Below, piece after piece: positions 1 to 14,319 of a stretch of DNA of 64,000 nt. How positions within the stretch are numbered: position 1 is the first letter of the stretch; the number at the start of each line of letters is the position of its first letter. The notes below the pieces were generated by a model. That model did not search any database. It had not been told where the DNA came from and worked only from the letters and a program-made list of their open reading frames with translations. Both the position numbers and the translations under genes were made by a program. Origin of the DNA: Octopus vulgaris (taxonomy: Eukaryota); NCBI GenBank assembly GCA_951406725.2, contig OX597826.1, forward strand, positions 3,472,001 through 3,536,000, written 5' to 3'.

Positions 1-631
1 GAGCAAAAGACAATTTAATTATGGAAAGAGCATCATTATAAGCATATTTGTATAATGGCGTATAAGACAGTCGTTCTCAAACAAGATTTCTTTACAATGC
101 ACTAACAGCAGTAAACGGCTGCTTCCGTTAAATCTCTCAGATATTTAAGTACTTATATCTTATAGCACGAAATACTTTCATGAAGACATAGGAATCTTCA
201 CAGTTCCGGTAGAGATAATTGTCTCTATTGAGGTGAATATTTATTTTGTCCAAAGAATATGTGAATGTTTTAGATGAGTTCCATTAAAGAAAAAAAAAAA
301 TGTAAATTCTTTCAGACTTGACTATTCACGACGAAGTTTCATTTCCCGGTAGTATAAAAATTCTAGATGCCAAGTATTTATTTAGAAAAATGTATGACAA
401 AAAATATTTTCAACCATATTCGTAAATTTATATTACTCTGTGCAAGAAATCAATAAATGATTTATCTTGGTACTTAACCTCAGGTCAGCCTTGATTAATT
501 ATATTTGTTACCTAAAAATACCAACATGATCAACACCTCTTAATTCCCAGATATTATACTTAAGATTGCTTTTACGTTTGTGTTAAAATTCTTCAGGTTA
601 AGGGTACCTTAAGGGAGATTTGCTTGCCGAT

Positions 632-676
632 CCAAGGCGTCTCGTCTCTCCTTAGTAACCTATTAACATCTATCTA

Positions 677-726
<50 letters not shown>

Positions 727-779
727 ACTATCTATGTCATTAATCTTAATCTATCTATGTACATATGTATGTATCTATA

Positions 780-848
<69 letters not shown>

Positions 849-1380
849 TATAGGATAAAAATTATTTTCGGGAAAAAAATTTTGTCTATGGCCAGCATAT
901 CAAAAAATGCCTTTAAAGGTAAAATTTATACATAATTTACAAGATAAGGGCAGAAGAATTTTTCTTCTGCATACATAAATATATACATACATATACACAC
1001 CATACATATATATATATATATGCACACACACACACTTACACAAACACACACACACACATATATAAATAGATGCACATGCACATACGTAAACCCAAGGCGA
1101 CTCTTCTCTACTTAGTAACCTATAAACATCTATCTATCTATCTATGTATATATCTATCTAACTAACTATTTATCTCTTTAATCTTAATTATATGTACATA
1201 TATATATATATGTATGTATATACAAATCTGTGTGCGTGCCTGTGCATACATAAATATATACATACATATACACACGCACATACCTATATATATATGCACA
1301 CACACTTACACAAACACACACACAAACACTCACACATATATATATATACATAGATGCACATACATATACGCAAATCTAAG
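632..1380. repeat. Local tandem duplication (copy 1 ~632-1091, copy 2 ~1092-1380)
   Basis: Both copies begin CCAAGGCG.CTC.TCTCT.CTTAGTAACCTAT.AACATCTATCTAT and share ...TGCACACACAC..ACTTACACAAACACACACA...TAGATGCACAT. Copy 1 has an extra ~120-bp insert (843-965) after its (TA)n tract. Confidence 0.8.
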
Positions 1381-2162
1381 AATGAGTATGTTTTGACACC
1401 TACATGCATATTAAGTACGTATCGATTGATCAGTCACTTCCACTTAAAAGAAGCAGCACTAAATTTACGTCTTGCTAAGAGGAAGAGGAAGAGGAAGTAA
1501 ACAGCAAAGATGGCCAATTAGTAATGAGCAGAGATGACATGCTCTAGAGGTGAATGGGGAAAAGTGTAAGAAACCGAAAGACTTATAAGTGTTTCAAAGA
1601 GACGTCGTAAAAAGAAGATGTGAAGATGGACGTCTTGACGATGGGTTTTTACGGCCCAGCATCAAAATACTATTCACATCGTCCTTCAAAATTATAGAAT
1701 TCACAAATGCAAATTGCATACACTGTATTATCATACAGGGACTGTTAATTTCGGAGCCTCTGAAAGAACTGAAGAATTCGTCTGTTAGTGCTGAAGAAAG
1801 AGGCATTCATTCTTCCAAATCAAACGTAATTACATGATCGTTGTAATGAGGCAGAAAGAAAATAATGTACGAGGATATTGATGTGGTCAAAGTAGATATG
1901 GCGGAGGGGAAAAAAAGATGTGAAAGCGTCGCGTATTGAAGGTCGTTAAATGAAGTACCAGTTAAACACTAAGGTCGATGAAATCGACTTATCCCCCATT
2001 TCCCACAAAATTGCTGTCCTTGTGGTAACATTTGTAATCATCATCTTTTCGGGGTCGTTAAAATAAAATGAATACTGAAGTGGATGCTTTTGACTAGCTC
2101 CCTCTCGCCCGATCTTGCTGACCTTGTGCCAAATCTAGAAACTATGATTATTATTCATATCC

Positions 2163-2193
2163 GCAGCAGCAGCAATAATAATAGTAGTAGTAC

Positions 2194-2236
<43 letters not shown>

Positions 2237-2281
2237 TTAGGTGGTGGTAGTAGTAGTAGTAGTTGTAGTAGTAGCAGCAGC

Positions 2282-2337
<56 letters not shown>

Positions 2338-2350
2338 CAGCAGCAGCAGC
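2163..2350. repeat. (AGT)n/(AGC)n trinucleotide microsatellite
   Basis: Read directly; it explains the poly-S and poly-L ORFs. Confidence 0.95.
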
Positions 2351-3580
2351 AAACGCTTTAGCAACATGCTAGTACCAACCGACAGATCCGCTGGTTGACT
2401 TTGAGTATTCTTTGAAAATTAATTGATGCGAGTGATCCACGCTCACTCTTTGTGTTGCTGAAGTCAATTCTTTATCTATAAAATTATCCTTAGATCTCGG
2501 TCTCTCTCATTTTCCATACATATGTGCATGTGTGTGTTTGTGTGTGTGTGTGTGTGTAGTGCGTGTATATATTACTGGATAGCAATACAGGCAGATCAAA
2601 CAAACACACGTGATTCTAAATTTCAGTAGCACGTAGTGAAAGGAGACGTATGCTGACACATATACATTATATGCATATATAAATTTTATGCGCAGATTCA
2701 TGTATGTATGTTATGTGTGTGCGTGAGTGTATACATCAATAGATGGACGCACGTATGTATATATACAACCAGTGAGACACAGCCGCATTCACAATTAACG
2801 AAGTATCATTACAAAACTAAGTCCAATGCTATTAATTGCAATTTGTTCAGCTGTCTATTAACAGAATCTTTATTAATTGTATTCTTGTATGCGTATGCGA
2901 TTTGCCATGCAAGGTCGCTTCTCGACTGTTTAGCAAGATACACTCCATTAGGATTGTGATAAAAGATATGGTTTTAATTAAAGTGACATTGCACACGATA
3001 ACATCCTAACCTATCCTACGGCAATTAGAAAATTTCTTTATCATGACATATCGCTTGTAACTATTACTAGAAAACCAATCTACTTAAAGTGTCTTGTCTA
3101 TACTGCCGCACAATGAATAACCGGAAAAAAAAGATTTACAAATGATATATTTATTTATTTATTTATTTAATTATTTTCTATTTAAAAATCCATTCGAACG
3201 AATAACGTATAGAATTCGATATTTTTAACTGAAATCAGGTGATATCTAAGACTGTGTTAATGAGATTGACTCAGAATTTCAGAGGTTGTGATCTGGATAT
3301 TGATCTCTTTCGATAGGTATTTCAATGTGGCGGAGGCATCGATGTACGCGAATATTTTAATCATTAATAAATAAATAAAAAATATTCTCAAAAGTTGTGT
3401 TTCTTCGTTTTCCATGCAGTGATAATATTCCTCTCACGAAGACTACGTACGAAGTCTTTAGAGAAGAAAATGCATAAAGATATACAAATGTGAATGTTTA
3501 ATCTACAAGTATTTGATAATTGCTTTAGCTACATCACTGAAATTATTTTGGCTCAATCGTTCATATCAATCGATATAACA

Positions 3581-3674
<94 letters not shown>

Positions 3675-3800
3675 ATGTACATATCTATCTATCCATCCAC
3701 CTATCTATATATATATCTATCTACCTATCTATCTATCTTTCTATCGATCTGTCTGTCTGTCTATCTATCTTATCTACCTATATATACATGTGTATGTATG

Positions 3801-3882
<82 letters not shown>

Positions 3883-4526
3883 ATAATAGTGGCTTGATAT
3901 AAATTTTTCAAACAAAAGACAAAATATATACGTCAATAAATCGACTGAGGGGGCTGTTTAGCACCAGTCTTGCCAAAAATAAAAGACGAAAAAACAACTG
4001 ATAGCCACAACAACGCACTGTGTTTGATATATGTGTGTGTGCGTGTGTGTTTGTGTGTATGTGTGTGTGTTCGCGCGCGCGCGTGAGGCCATGTTTGTGT
4101 TTGTTTCTCAACCACCGCTCGACAATTAATCTTGCTGAGTTCAGATCTCCGTAACTTAGCGTATCGGCATAGAGATCGATAGAATAAGAATATATTTAGA
4201 CCAGTTTCTTCCCCTGCACTATTTTACATTGTTTAAACATGGTAAACACAATAGAATGGTGATTGTAGGTTGCAATTATTGAAAAGCCAGCTATTCTTCC
4301 GCAAACATTATAAAGTATATGTTTTCATCAAATACCATCTGTTGCAAGTTCTTGTAATTATGAATATAAGAAGAATTGTTTTCATAATATTATTTTAATG
4401 TTATATGAAATTTTTTTCACAGCACTTAGCTCGGCAGTCACTGCTTGATGTATCATGAAACAGGTTTTGTCCTTCGTTACTGAGTATTATTTCTGTAAAA
4501 ATTAAACTATACCATTTACCATTTTT

Positions 4527-4800
4527 CTTGTTTCAGTCATTTGACTGCGGCCATGCTGGAGCACCGCCTTTAGTCGAGCAACTCGACCCCGGGACTTATT
4601 CTTTGTAAGCCCAGTACTTATTCTATCGGTCTCTTTTGGCCGAACCGCTAAGTGACGGGGACATAAACACACCAGCATCGGTTGTCAAGCAATGCTAGGG
4701 GGACAAACACAGACACACAAACACAGACATATACCCACACACTTATATATAACCATGTGGCTGGTTAGCAAGCTACTTACCACACAGCCACTCCTGCGCC
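4527..4800 (-). mobile_element. tRNA-derived SINE family 1, internally deleted copy
   Basis: Minus-strand head GGCGCAGGAGTGGCTGTGTGG; tail ...CAGCATGGCCGCAGTCAAATGACTGAAACAAG. Near-identical to the longer copy at 51489-51884. Confidence 0.85.
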
Positions 4801-4989
4801 TATATAACAAAAAGATAATTAGCAAGAAAAAAAGGATTATAAAGGGCTGGACACTATATTTTGTGAGGGATATTTTTATTAAGGCACAAACAAACGAAAA
4901 ACCTTCATCTTTGATTATTATTTTGCACTTCAATCGAATATTCGATTATATACCACGAAATGTTGGAACACCACATTTTAATAGTTTTC

Positions 4990-5750
4990 TGAAATCCTCT
5001 TTACCCATACATACATGCTTTCCTTCTCTCTGAGTTTCCTGGTTGTGAAAGGCAATTCCGACCTTCCAACAACGAACTGAAATGATTATTCAGTCCCAAT
5101 ACCGATGTGAATGTCTTGAAGCATATGCGACAGAAGCGAATTGTATCCTCCATTGGATAGACCGGATCACTTTGTGAGATATGATTTCACTGAACCGATC
5201 AGAAATTGATTTGAGGGCATTTTCATACACTACACCATTTGAATCGCTCGTTCCAGAAGGAAGACCTGACTTGAAGTTGATATTTCATAAGACCCAAGAA
5301 AGTCGATATATCCAGCCTTAGGAAGACTTGCATGATCTCCCGCTTCACACTTCCAGCAATTTTATATTCTCAATGAGTTTTCGATGACAGACTCTCTGAA
5401 TCTAGCGCATTAAACTTCGTGCTCAAGAGGACTACAAAACTTTTGCACACATTCCTCACATACTTACTCCACGGAGTTCTTTCCAAAGCAAGTTCTCACT
5501 TCCTTACATTTGTCGGTATTTCTGTCAGGTTGTCCTTTATAGAGATTTTGTAGCGTTTTTGTGGTTTAAGCTGCGAACACTTTCCACGCAGCCTACTGCA
5601 GAACAGCTTCTGTCAAATACTAGTATTTTTCATACCCATCATATGACCTGCCCATGTGAGAAGAAAGGATGTTTGATAGGATATGACCATGTTGAATAGA
5701 TGTTCTCACCGTGTAGTATAGTTATAGCGAGCGTGTAATCACCATATGAC
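4990..5750 (-). pseudogene. Decayed RTE-clade LINE 3' end (post-RT region plus C-terminal Zn-finger-like motif)
   Basis: Manual minus-strand translation across frameshifts gives LTWAGHMMGMKNT, GKCSQLKPQKRYKISIKDNL, LALERTPWSK and CRICFKTFTSVLGLNNH, resembling RTE/BovB C-termini. Confidence 0.65.
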
Positions 5751-5779
5751 TCTAAGACGAACGTCACCTTGACATTTGA

Positions 5780-6443
5780 TATTGATTTCAAATTTGGCAC
5801 TAGGCCAACAAGTCAGGGGATGTGCTGAGCTGGTACTTATTTTATCGACCCCGAGAGGATGAAACGCAAAGTCACTTTGGCGAAAATTGAACTCAGAACG
5901 TAAAGAGAGACGAAAAGCCGCTAAGTATTTTATCTTATCGGCTAAAGATTCCGCCAGCTCACCGCCTTATTTTGACATTTAATATTGAAAAAGCAAATAT
6001 AAATAACTATTTCTACTCTAGGCACAAGGTCTTAAAAATTTTTGTGGGAAGAGAGCTAGACGATTATATCGACCCTAGTGCATAAAAAGGTACTATTTAA
6101 TTGACTCCGGAAGGATGAAAGGCAAAGTCAATCTTAGCGGAATTTGAACTCAGAGCGCAAATACAGACAAAATACCGCTAAGCATCTCGCCCGGCGTGCT
6201 AACGTTTCTTATTTTTTTATTGCCCACAAGTGGCTAAACATAGAGGGGGCAAACAGGGACAGACAAAGGGATTAAGTCGATTACATTGACCCCAGTGCTT
6301 AACTGGTACTTAAATTATCGACCCCGAAAGGATGAATGATATAGTCGACCTCGGTGGAATTTGAACTCTGAATGTAACAGCAGACAAAATACAGCTAAGC
6401 ATTTCGCCCGGCATGCAAATGTTTCTGCCAGCTCACTGCCTTC
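5780..6443 (-). mobile_element. Cluster of 3 tandem SINE family 2 copies
   Basis: Repeated variants of CGACCCCGAAAGGATGAAAGGCAAAGTCGACCTCGGCGGAATTTGAACTCAGA and head GCGAGCTGGCAGAAAC on the minus strand. Confidence 0.85.
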
Positions 6444-6471
6444 AAGTAAATATAAATAATATCATCATCAT

Positions 6472-6752
6472 GTGTGGAGACACATGGCCTAGTGGTTAGA
6501 GCAGCGGACTTGCGGTCGTGAGATTTGTGTGTGTGTTTATGAGCAAAACACCTAAGCTCTACGCGGCTCCGGCAGAAGGTAATGGCGAACTTCTGCTGAC
6601 TCTTTTGCAACAACTTTCACTCACTCTTTCCTCCTGCATCTTGCAGCTCACCTGCGACGGACCGGCGTCCCGTCCAGGTGGGTAACCTATACGCCAAGGA
6701 AACCGGAAAACCGGTTCTTATGAGCCAGACATGGTTCGAAAAGGAAGAAACA
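6472..6752 (+). mobile_element. tRNA-derived SINE (family 4) with V/Meta-like domain
   Basis: A-box TGGCCTAGTGG at the head; CCTGCGACGGACCGGCGTCCCGTCCAGG resembles the V-SINE/MetaSINE conserved block. Confidence 0.65.
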
Positions 6753-7676
6753 AATCATCATGTGTAATAAAAAGTTTGGCATGCTAGTAAAATTCTATTT
6801 CGAATCCTTCGTCTCGTGAAATCTTGTTTTTTTTTTTCGTATAACGCAGATGAGGTTTATATATAGCATTTTATAGAAATTAGTAAATTACTTACGTAGC
6901 GATTTTCCAGTAAATTATTTTTTTCGCAGGGTGAGAGGCGGTTTACTAATTATTGTTAAGTTATATTAACTTAATGAATATTGATTATTTTGGCTTAGAC
7001 TTTCATAATTACCTTTTCATCGATTAATGAATGGACATATTATCTGCGCTCGGTAAATTAATAAAAATATACTCTTAATTGATTGACGCTCTATATATTT
7101 CTGTTCGATCAAATATTTGCTATTTTTTGATATAGCTGCAAAATATTTACACCTTTTCAAATGAAACCCAGTCGAATACACCCATATATGCCTGCGCAGA
7201 AAGATAGATACATTAGTATAGGTGATGCTTTCTTACAATCTTTAATTATAATAATTTTTCTATTAATATTTTCATATTTTTGTTTATTCACCAATTATTT
7301 ACAAAATATGTCTGCAATGTACAGACTTTGTTGGCATAAATTGTAACCCAATTACAGAAAATAATTTGAATTCCAGCATGTGTGTGTGTGTGCGTGTGTG
7401 TGTGTGTGTGTGTGCGTGTGTTTGTGTGTGCGTGTTTGTGTGTGTTAAAGGGAGAAACAGAGACAGAGAAAGAAAGAGTGAATGTTTGTGTGTGTGTATG
7501 TATACATGAACGCGTTTCATAATTTACTTAATTATTTGTCTGCAAAGTTATATAATTGTTTGCATATAGACAGATAAACACATGTGTAGATATACGTATG
7601 CATATACATGTGCTGTTTGTGTGTAATTACATGTGCGCAGGTGTTCGCATGCGTGTAAGAGAGAATGTGTGTGCGA

Positions 7677-7725
<49 letters not shown>

Positions 7726-8164
7726 TATCTATGTGTATATATACATATTTCCTGCTTACATATTTATTATTAGTAAATATTTATATGTACACAATTATAT
7801 GGACATATAAATATGTGCATATATATATAAACATATATGCATACATATATATATACATATATGGATGTGTTTGAATGTATGCATGTATTAGGATCTCACA
7901 TCGTCAGGAACGTGTTATTTTGAAACCTGTGTGTTCTATAGTTTTGTAAGACTTCATATTCACTGATATTATTGGTTAACTCTCTTTCTAGACAAAATAT
8001 TATCTGAAACGATTGTATTTTGACTGCTTGCATGAAGAATCGCAGTTTATCTAAAGTTTATAGTCATTACATTAAATAAATATTTTTGCTAATTATATTA
8101 GATATGAGACTTACGTGTATTTAACATGCCGAACGGTACCCTGCGTGATATTGCTGTTAGAAAT

Positions 8165-8608
8165 AATCCTTTCTACTGTAGGCACAGGGTTTGAAGTTTT
8201 GGGGAAGGTATTAAGTCGATTACATCCACCCCAATGCATAACTAGTATTTATTTAATCGACCCCGAAAGGATGAAAGTTAAAGCCGACCTCGGCGGAATT
8301 TGAACTCAGAACGTAGTGACAGATGAAATACCGCAAAGCGTTGTGTTAAAGTTTCTGCTAGCTCACTGCTATGATGCTGTTAGTAATAATGATTCCAGAT
8401 TTTGCCACAAGGGTAGTTTCGGGGGTGGTGGTGGGATTAAATTAGATTACATCGATCCCAGTGCGTAACTAGTACTTATTTAATCGACCTCGAAAGGATG
8501 AAAGGCAAAGTCGACCTCGGCGGAATTTGAACTCAGGACGTAGTGACAGACGAAATATCGCTAAGCATTGTGACTGGCGTGCTAACTATTCTGCTAGCTC
8601 GCAGCCTT
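8165..8608 (-). mobile_element. Head-to-tail dimer of SINE family 2
   Basis: Two copies of ATCGACC.CGAAAGGATGAAAG..AAAG.CGACCTCGGCGGAATTTGAACTCAG.ACGTAGTGACAGA. Confidence 0.85.
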
Positions 8609-9104
8609 GTTGCTGTTAATAATAATAAAACCCTTACATTTTCTCTAACTCCCCTCTCTCTGTTTCTTTCTATTTCATCCATTTTCTTTCTCCAAATCAA
8701 GTACGCATGCGTGACGGAACTTGAGAATGCCGAAACTTGCCTGTCAGGCAAGCGGCCTACCTGCACTCTTGATTTTTAAATGTTTCAACTTTTCAGTGAT
8801 TTTCTGTTTTTGCTATATTATTATATTTCTTCGTTATTGCTTTGCTAATTTAAACACCGACAGAAAGATTTTTCTCTATTAAATGCTTGGATAATTCACA
8901 GTTAATGAAAGTTTTGCGCTTATTACATTCCATATATTCGCCTGATAGATTTCCCATGATATTTTGTATATATTATTATATAAAATGTCAAAGCACGAGC
9001 CAGATTCGTGTTGTTGTTGTTGTTGTTATTCTTTATATTAATATTATTTTTCTTATAGATTTTCTATTATTGTTATCCATGGCCTTATTATCATTGGCAT
9101 TGCT

Positions 9105-9194
9105 ATCATCATCGTCGTCGTCATCATCATCATCATCATCATCTTCATCATTATCATCAACATCCTCCTCCTCATTATAATAATAATAATAATA

Positions 9195-9283
<89 letters not shown>

Positions 9284-9306
9284 TACTATTATTATTATTA
9301 TCATCA

Positions 9307-9352
<46 letters not shown>

Positions 9353-9398
9353 CATCATCATCATCATTACTATTATTATTATTATCATCATTATTATC

Positions 9399-9430
<32 letters not shown>

Positions 9431-9498
9431 TATCATCATCATCATTACTATTATTATTATTATCATCATTATTATCATTATTATTATTATTATTATTA

Positions 9499-9556
<58 letters not shown>
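9105..9556. repeat. Compound (TCA)n/(TTA)n microsatellite with higher-order repeats
   Basis: Read directly; the block TCATCATCATTACTATTATTATTATTA recurs three times. Confidence 0.95.
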
Positions 9557-9559
<3 letters not shown>

Positions 9560-10345
9560 CTGCAAAATACATAAGACGTCTTTTCAAACGCTCCAGGATG
9601 CTGCAGCTTAAAACATCTATTCACTCCGGTTTGGTGTTTTACTGGCATTATTTATTTTATTCCAAGTCATCAATAGAAACACCACGAAGCTGTTACTGGT
9701 TTCCTCCGGTCGTTTACCTATATTCGGCCCACGAAATAAGTTTGATGGGCATATTATTTATGATGGCGCGGCATGTCTTGAAAATGTCGAGAAAAAAGAA
9801 AACAAACTCTCCCATGAATCTGGTGACTGCTGAAGTTTTCCTTCCCCTTTCCTCTGTTACTGGCAACAATACAGGAGAAGGGGAGAAGGAAACAGAGACT
9901 GTGAGAGGACAATGTCCATCTCATAGTAACAGTAGTTGTAGCAGTAACAGCAACAGTGGTAGCAGTGACAACCACACCAGTTGCAACACAAACAGCAACA
10001 GCAATAGCAGCAACAATAGCAATAGTAACAACAGCAGCAACGAGAACATTTCCAAAGACAAAAGTACGTTCGCGGCAGCACCAGCGAAAAAGGAGTTAAG
10101 CTTTACCGCGGACTTCACAAATAGAGATGAAGTGTTCACGCAGGCATGGAAACTGACTAAACAAGAAAAAATATGGGCCAACCTAACTATTTCCATTAAA
10201 AGCAATAGAAGCAGTGGAGAGAAGAACGGTGATTTTCAGATGCATCTCAGCAGAGAAGAAAAGAGCGGCTTTAATAGCCCAAGTAGATATTGAAGCGGTG
10301 CAGAGGTACATCAGAAATAACATCGAGGACACAGCGAGGGAAAAC
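9557..10345 (+). mobile_element. Unidentified coding-like segment, possibly 5'UTR/ORF1 of a non-LTR element
   Basis: Long ORF 9598-10293 with an N/S-rich stretch and KSTFAAAPAKK. It starts right after the (TTA)n array and abuts a Dong fragment. No recognised domain. Confidence 0.35.
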
Positions 10346-11105
10346 AATATCTGTCATGTACGTCAACAACAAAATGAAACCATTGATCATGTTGTCTCCA
10401 AGTGCAGTGTTCTTGCACCTACAGAGTATCTCAACAGGCATGATAGAGCTGCACAATATATTCACTGGGTAATTTGCAAAAACCTGGACTTGCCCCATAA
10501 TAAAAACTGGTGGAAATACAAACCACCTCCTGTTATTGAAAATGATCACATCTCACTCCTCTGGAACATCATCATTCAAACTGAAAGAAAGATAGATGCA
10601 AATAGGCCAGACATCATATTGAAAAACTTCAGACAAAAATCATGCCTCCTCATTGATATGACTGTCGTAATCGATATAAACGTATCTGTCGAGACCAACC
10701 CAAAACTGAGCAAGTATAAAGAAATAGAAAGTAGCAAAATGGGAAACCTGATGACAAAAACAATACCTGTTGACATAGGTGCCCTGGGAATGATATCAAA
10801 AGAGGTTGATTGCTACCTAGCACAGACACAAAGAAACTCCAAATTGGCAGAAATTCAAAAGATAGGGCTCATGGGAGCTGCTCATATCCTACGCAAACTA
10901 CTTTCTCTGTAATCTCAAGTTTTAAAACAAACACAATTTTCTTATGGTTTCTTAAACATTCTCCCGAACACTATGTACAAAACCAAATATATGGCACCCT
11001 AGGCACCCTAGGCATAACAATAACATGAACTTCTATCTTGTTGTCTCTTAAGGTCTCTGGGTGAGATTTGGAGCCAAATTGTACAAATTTAAAGTCAACC
11101 ACAAC

Positions 11106-11106
<1 letters not shown>
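10346..11106 (+). mobile_element. 5'-truncated Dong/R4-type LINE (CCHC finger, REL endonuclease, 3'UTR) ending in (AAT)n
   Basis: ORF 10214-10912 contains ETIDHVVSKC..YLNRHD and NRPDIILK..CLLIDMTV..KLSKY. Homologous to 41921-43380. Confidence 0.9.
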
Positions 11107-11155
<49 letters not shown>

Positions 11156-11156
11156 C

Positions 11157-11196
<40 letters not shown>

Positions 11197-11708
11197 ACAT
11201 AAGACGGCGAGCTGGCAGAAGAGTGAGCACGCCGGACGAAATGTTGAGCGGTATTATTAATAAGTTCCGGTCGACGCAAATGTGAATTTGCTAATTGAAG
11301 TTGTGTTACGGCGTTTGAGGGAAACTTTATTTTCAGACGAATGGTAAGTCACGCGATTCATTAACACACGTGGTATTTAGGGGAGCCAGTGTTTTAACAT
11401 ACAAAGTTCGTCCGGTTCAAAATTTTGTTATATACAGATATTGTATGCTACTTAATGACGAAAACAGGGAACAGTGTCACGTGAACAAATTCCTTCCTTG
11501 GAATTTGTCCCAGTGACATGTCATGTGACATTAGTCCAAAAGTAAGTTACAATGACTTGCTTTCTGATAGCTACGTTTATTAAATTGTAACAACCGAGAA
11601 TTACAGGCGACTTTCTAGACACTATTTCTACTGCAAAAATGAACTTCGAAAACTGGAAAATATAACGCACGTTTAGTAAGGTGGCTGTATTTTTACACGC
11701 TTAATTAA

Positions 11709-12036
11709 AAAAAAAAAGACTCCGCCGGTTACGACGACGAGGGTCCCAGCTGATACGATCAACGGAACAGCTTGCTCGTGAAATTAACGTGCAAATGGCT
11801 GAGCATTCCACAGACACGTGTACCCTTAACGTAGTTCTCGGGGATAATCAGCGTGACACAGAGAGTGACAAGGCTGACCCTTTGAAATACAAGTACAACT
11901 CATTTTTGCCAGCTGAGTGGACTGGAGCAACGTGAAATAAAGTGTCTTGCTCAAGGACACAACGCGTCGCCGGGAATCGAACTCACAACCTTACGATCAT
12001 GAGCCGAATGCCCTAACCACTAAGCCACGCGCCCCC
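11709..12036 (-). mobile_element. Full-length tRNA-derived SINE family 3 with 14-bp TSD
   Basis: A-box TGGCTTAGTGG and B-box GAGTTCGATTCC. TSD ACACGCTTAATTAA at 11695-11708 and 12037-12050. Confidence 0.92.
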
Positions 12037-12336
12037 ACACGCTTAATTAATCCCCTGAAAGCTAGCGCTGTGTGAAAATTGGAGTGAAATGTATAGCTTA
12101 ATCTAATGTTTCAATAAGTTGTTTCTTATACATAGGAATACTTCGCCCCTTTATTTGTTTTAAGAGAGGAAAATTCACCCGTAAATAAACACACACGAAA
12201 ACATAAATGCAAATTATATATACATTAAATAAGGTAAAACCGCTGACATTAAACGGATATGCTTATACACACTTGCACTCACATATATGAATATGTATAT
12301 GTTTGTATGTATATATACATACATACATACATATAA

Positions 12337-12385
<49 letters not shown>

Positions 12386-12452
12386 ATGTGTGTGTGTGTG
12401 TCTACGTATGTATGTATATATCCATTTAGAAATGTATAATCGAATCTGTGAC

Positions 12453-12608
12453 AGTGTGGTAAATAGTGTATGGTTCCGGGTTTAGTCTGCCGTAACCTGG
12501 GCCCACAAAACCTTGACAGTGGATTCGACAGACGGAATCTGAAAGAAATTAATCATACACACACACACACACACACATACACATGTATAAATACTCATAC
12601 ATACATAC

Positions 12609-12661
<53 letters not shown>

Positions 12662-13112
12662 TGTGTGTGTGCATTTCTTAATCCCTACTACTTCACAATC
12701 GGCGTTGGTTTGTTTACTGGTTTGGCTGAAGAGACAGACAGAATGCATTCCGGATTTAGAACAATAAGTACTAATGTCAATTCGTTTGACGAAAGTTCTT
12801 GAATTCAGTGCCCCAGTATGACCGCAGACTAATGGCTGAAACAAGAAAAGGAAAGAAGTAGTATATAATTGTTTACATATATATATATATATATATATTT
12901 CTTTACTACCCACAAGGGGACAAACAAGGACAGACAAACGGATTAAGTCGATTACATCGACCCCAGTGCGTAACTGGTACTTAATTTATCGACCCCGAAA
13001 GGATGAAAGTCAAAGTCGACCTCGGCGGAATTTGAACTCAGAACGTAACTGCAGACGAAATGCGGCTACGCATCTCGCTCGGCATGCTAACGTTTCTGCC
13101 AGCTCGCCGCCT
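12453..13112. mobile_element. Degenerate SINE family 1 (+, ~12453-12850) and SINE family 2 (-, ~12897-13112)
   Basis: Homology to the other copies in this window. Confidence 0.8.
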
Positions 13113-14319
13113 TTTGTTTACATATATATATAGGGTTGCGTTTGTGTGTGTAAACTCATACGAGCACATTGGTGTACTTAATTACTAGCAATATTTAAAA
13201 TTTAACTACCTACTTCTTCCCTGTATCCAGCATTTTGAAATACATTTTCCTGGAATGCATTCCTCATTTAACTTGTTACAAAATACATACGCTGACATAA
13301 ATGTATGGCACGAGATATGTGATATTTCAACACATACCACTGGTTTGTCATCATGTAGATTCATGAATTTCACGAATTTCGTATTCAGATATTTTAGACG
13401 CACTCCACGTCAGGTGTTCGTGACAGGTTCCGTATTAATTACTAAAGCCTATCCATTCTTAAGCTAGAAGCAACGTTAAACCTTTATTTCCATAGTATTT
13501 ATATTCTGAAAGAGAACTGTAGTGTTTTCTTCCTTTGCATTGAAATATAACGGGAAGAAATTCGTCTGCTTCTCTCGTTCTGCTTATAGCAAAAGTATCG
13601 TTTCCACTCACAAGTGATTCACAATTAATCATGTTTTCCTTGAATAATGATATCTTCTCTTTTATTCTTTTTCGTATTTCTTAGATTCAGTCTAAATTTT
13701 GCCCACGTTTTAAACTCCGTCGTTCTCTGTTTATTCGTTCTGAAATTTCTATGAACTTATTTCTTAGTGGTAGTCATATTAAGGAGGATGCATTTATGGA
13801 GAAACTTGTGTACAAAAGAATAAACTTAACTTTTAAAATCGTCTAAATGTAATTCACAAAAACAAAGTCACGAATGCAAATACACAACACACACACACAT
13901 CGGATTTTCAAAAGTTTACGGTACTGGAGCATTGTAGCAAAACAATATCTTTTCTGGCCATTATTTTAAAAAATTGTTTTCTTTTATACGGACAGAATGG
14001 TTGGAACCTTGTCAGTTAACGTACATATTGATTTACCGTGGATAGTTACGCTGTGAGGTAACGGACTTTTCGACCGGTTTGCTACTAAGGTCATGTGACA
14101 GCTGCACGAGAACATCAAATCAAAGCTTTTGACAATTCGATATGAAACATGACGGGACAATAGCTATGAAGAACGAAAGTCGTGTTCCAAGATAGAGCTG
14201 TTTTAGCCTTTAACTTGTATCCACACAGCTACTATTGTATTTAGCCATGGCTTGGTGACATTTTTCTGTTATATATCCTACCTTGGGGAATAATTCAACC
14301 TTTCTACACAGTTATATTT

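Noticed and set aside
1589-1837. Overlapping ORFs in more GC-balanced unique sequence, a possible host exon
   Set aside because: No recognisable domain or convincing splice-site pair; it cannot be supported without RNA-seq.
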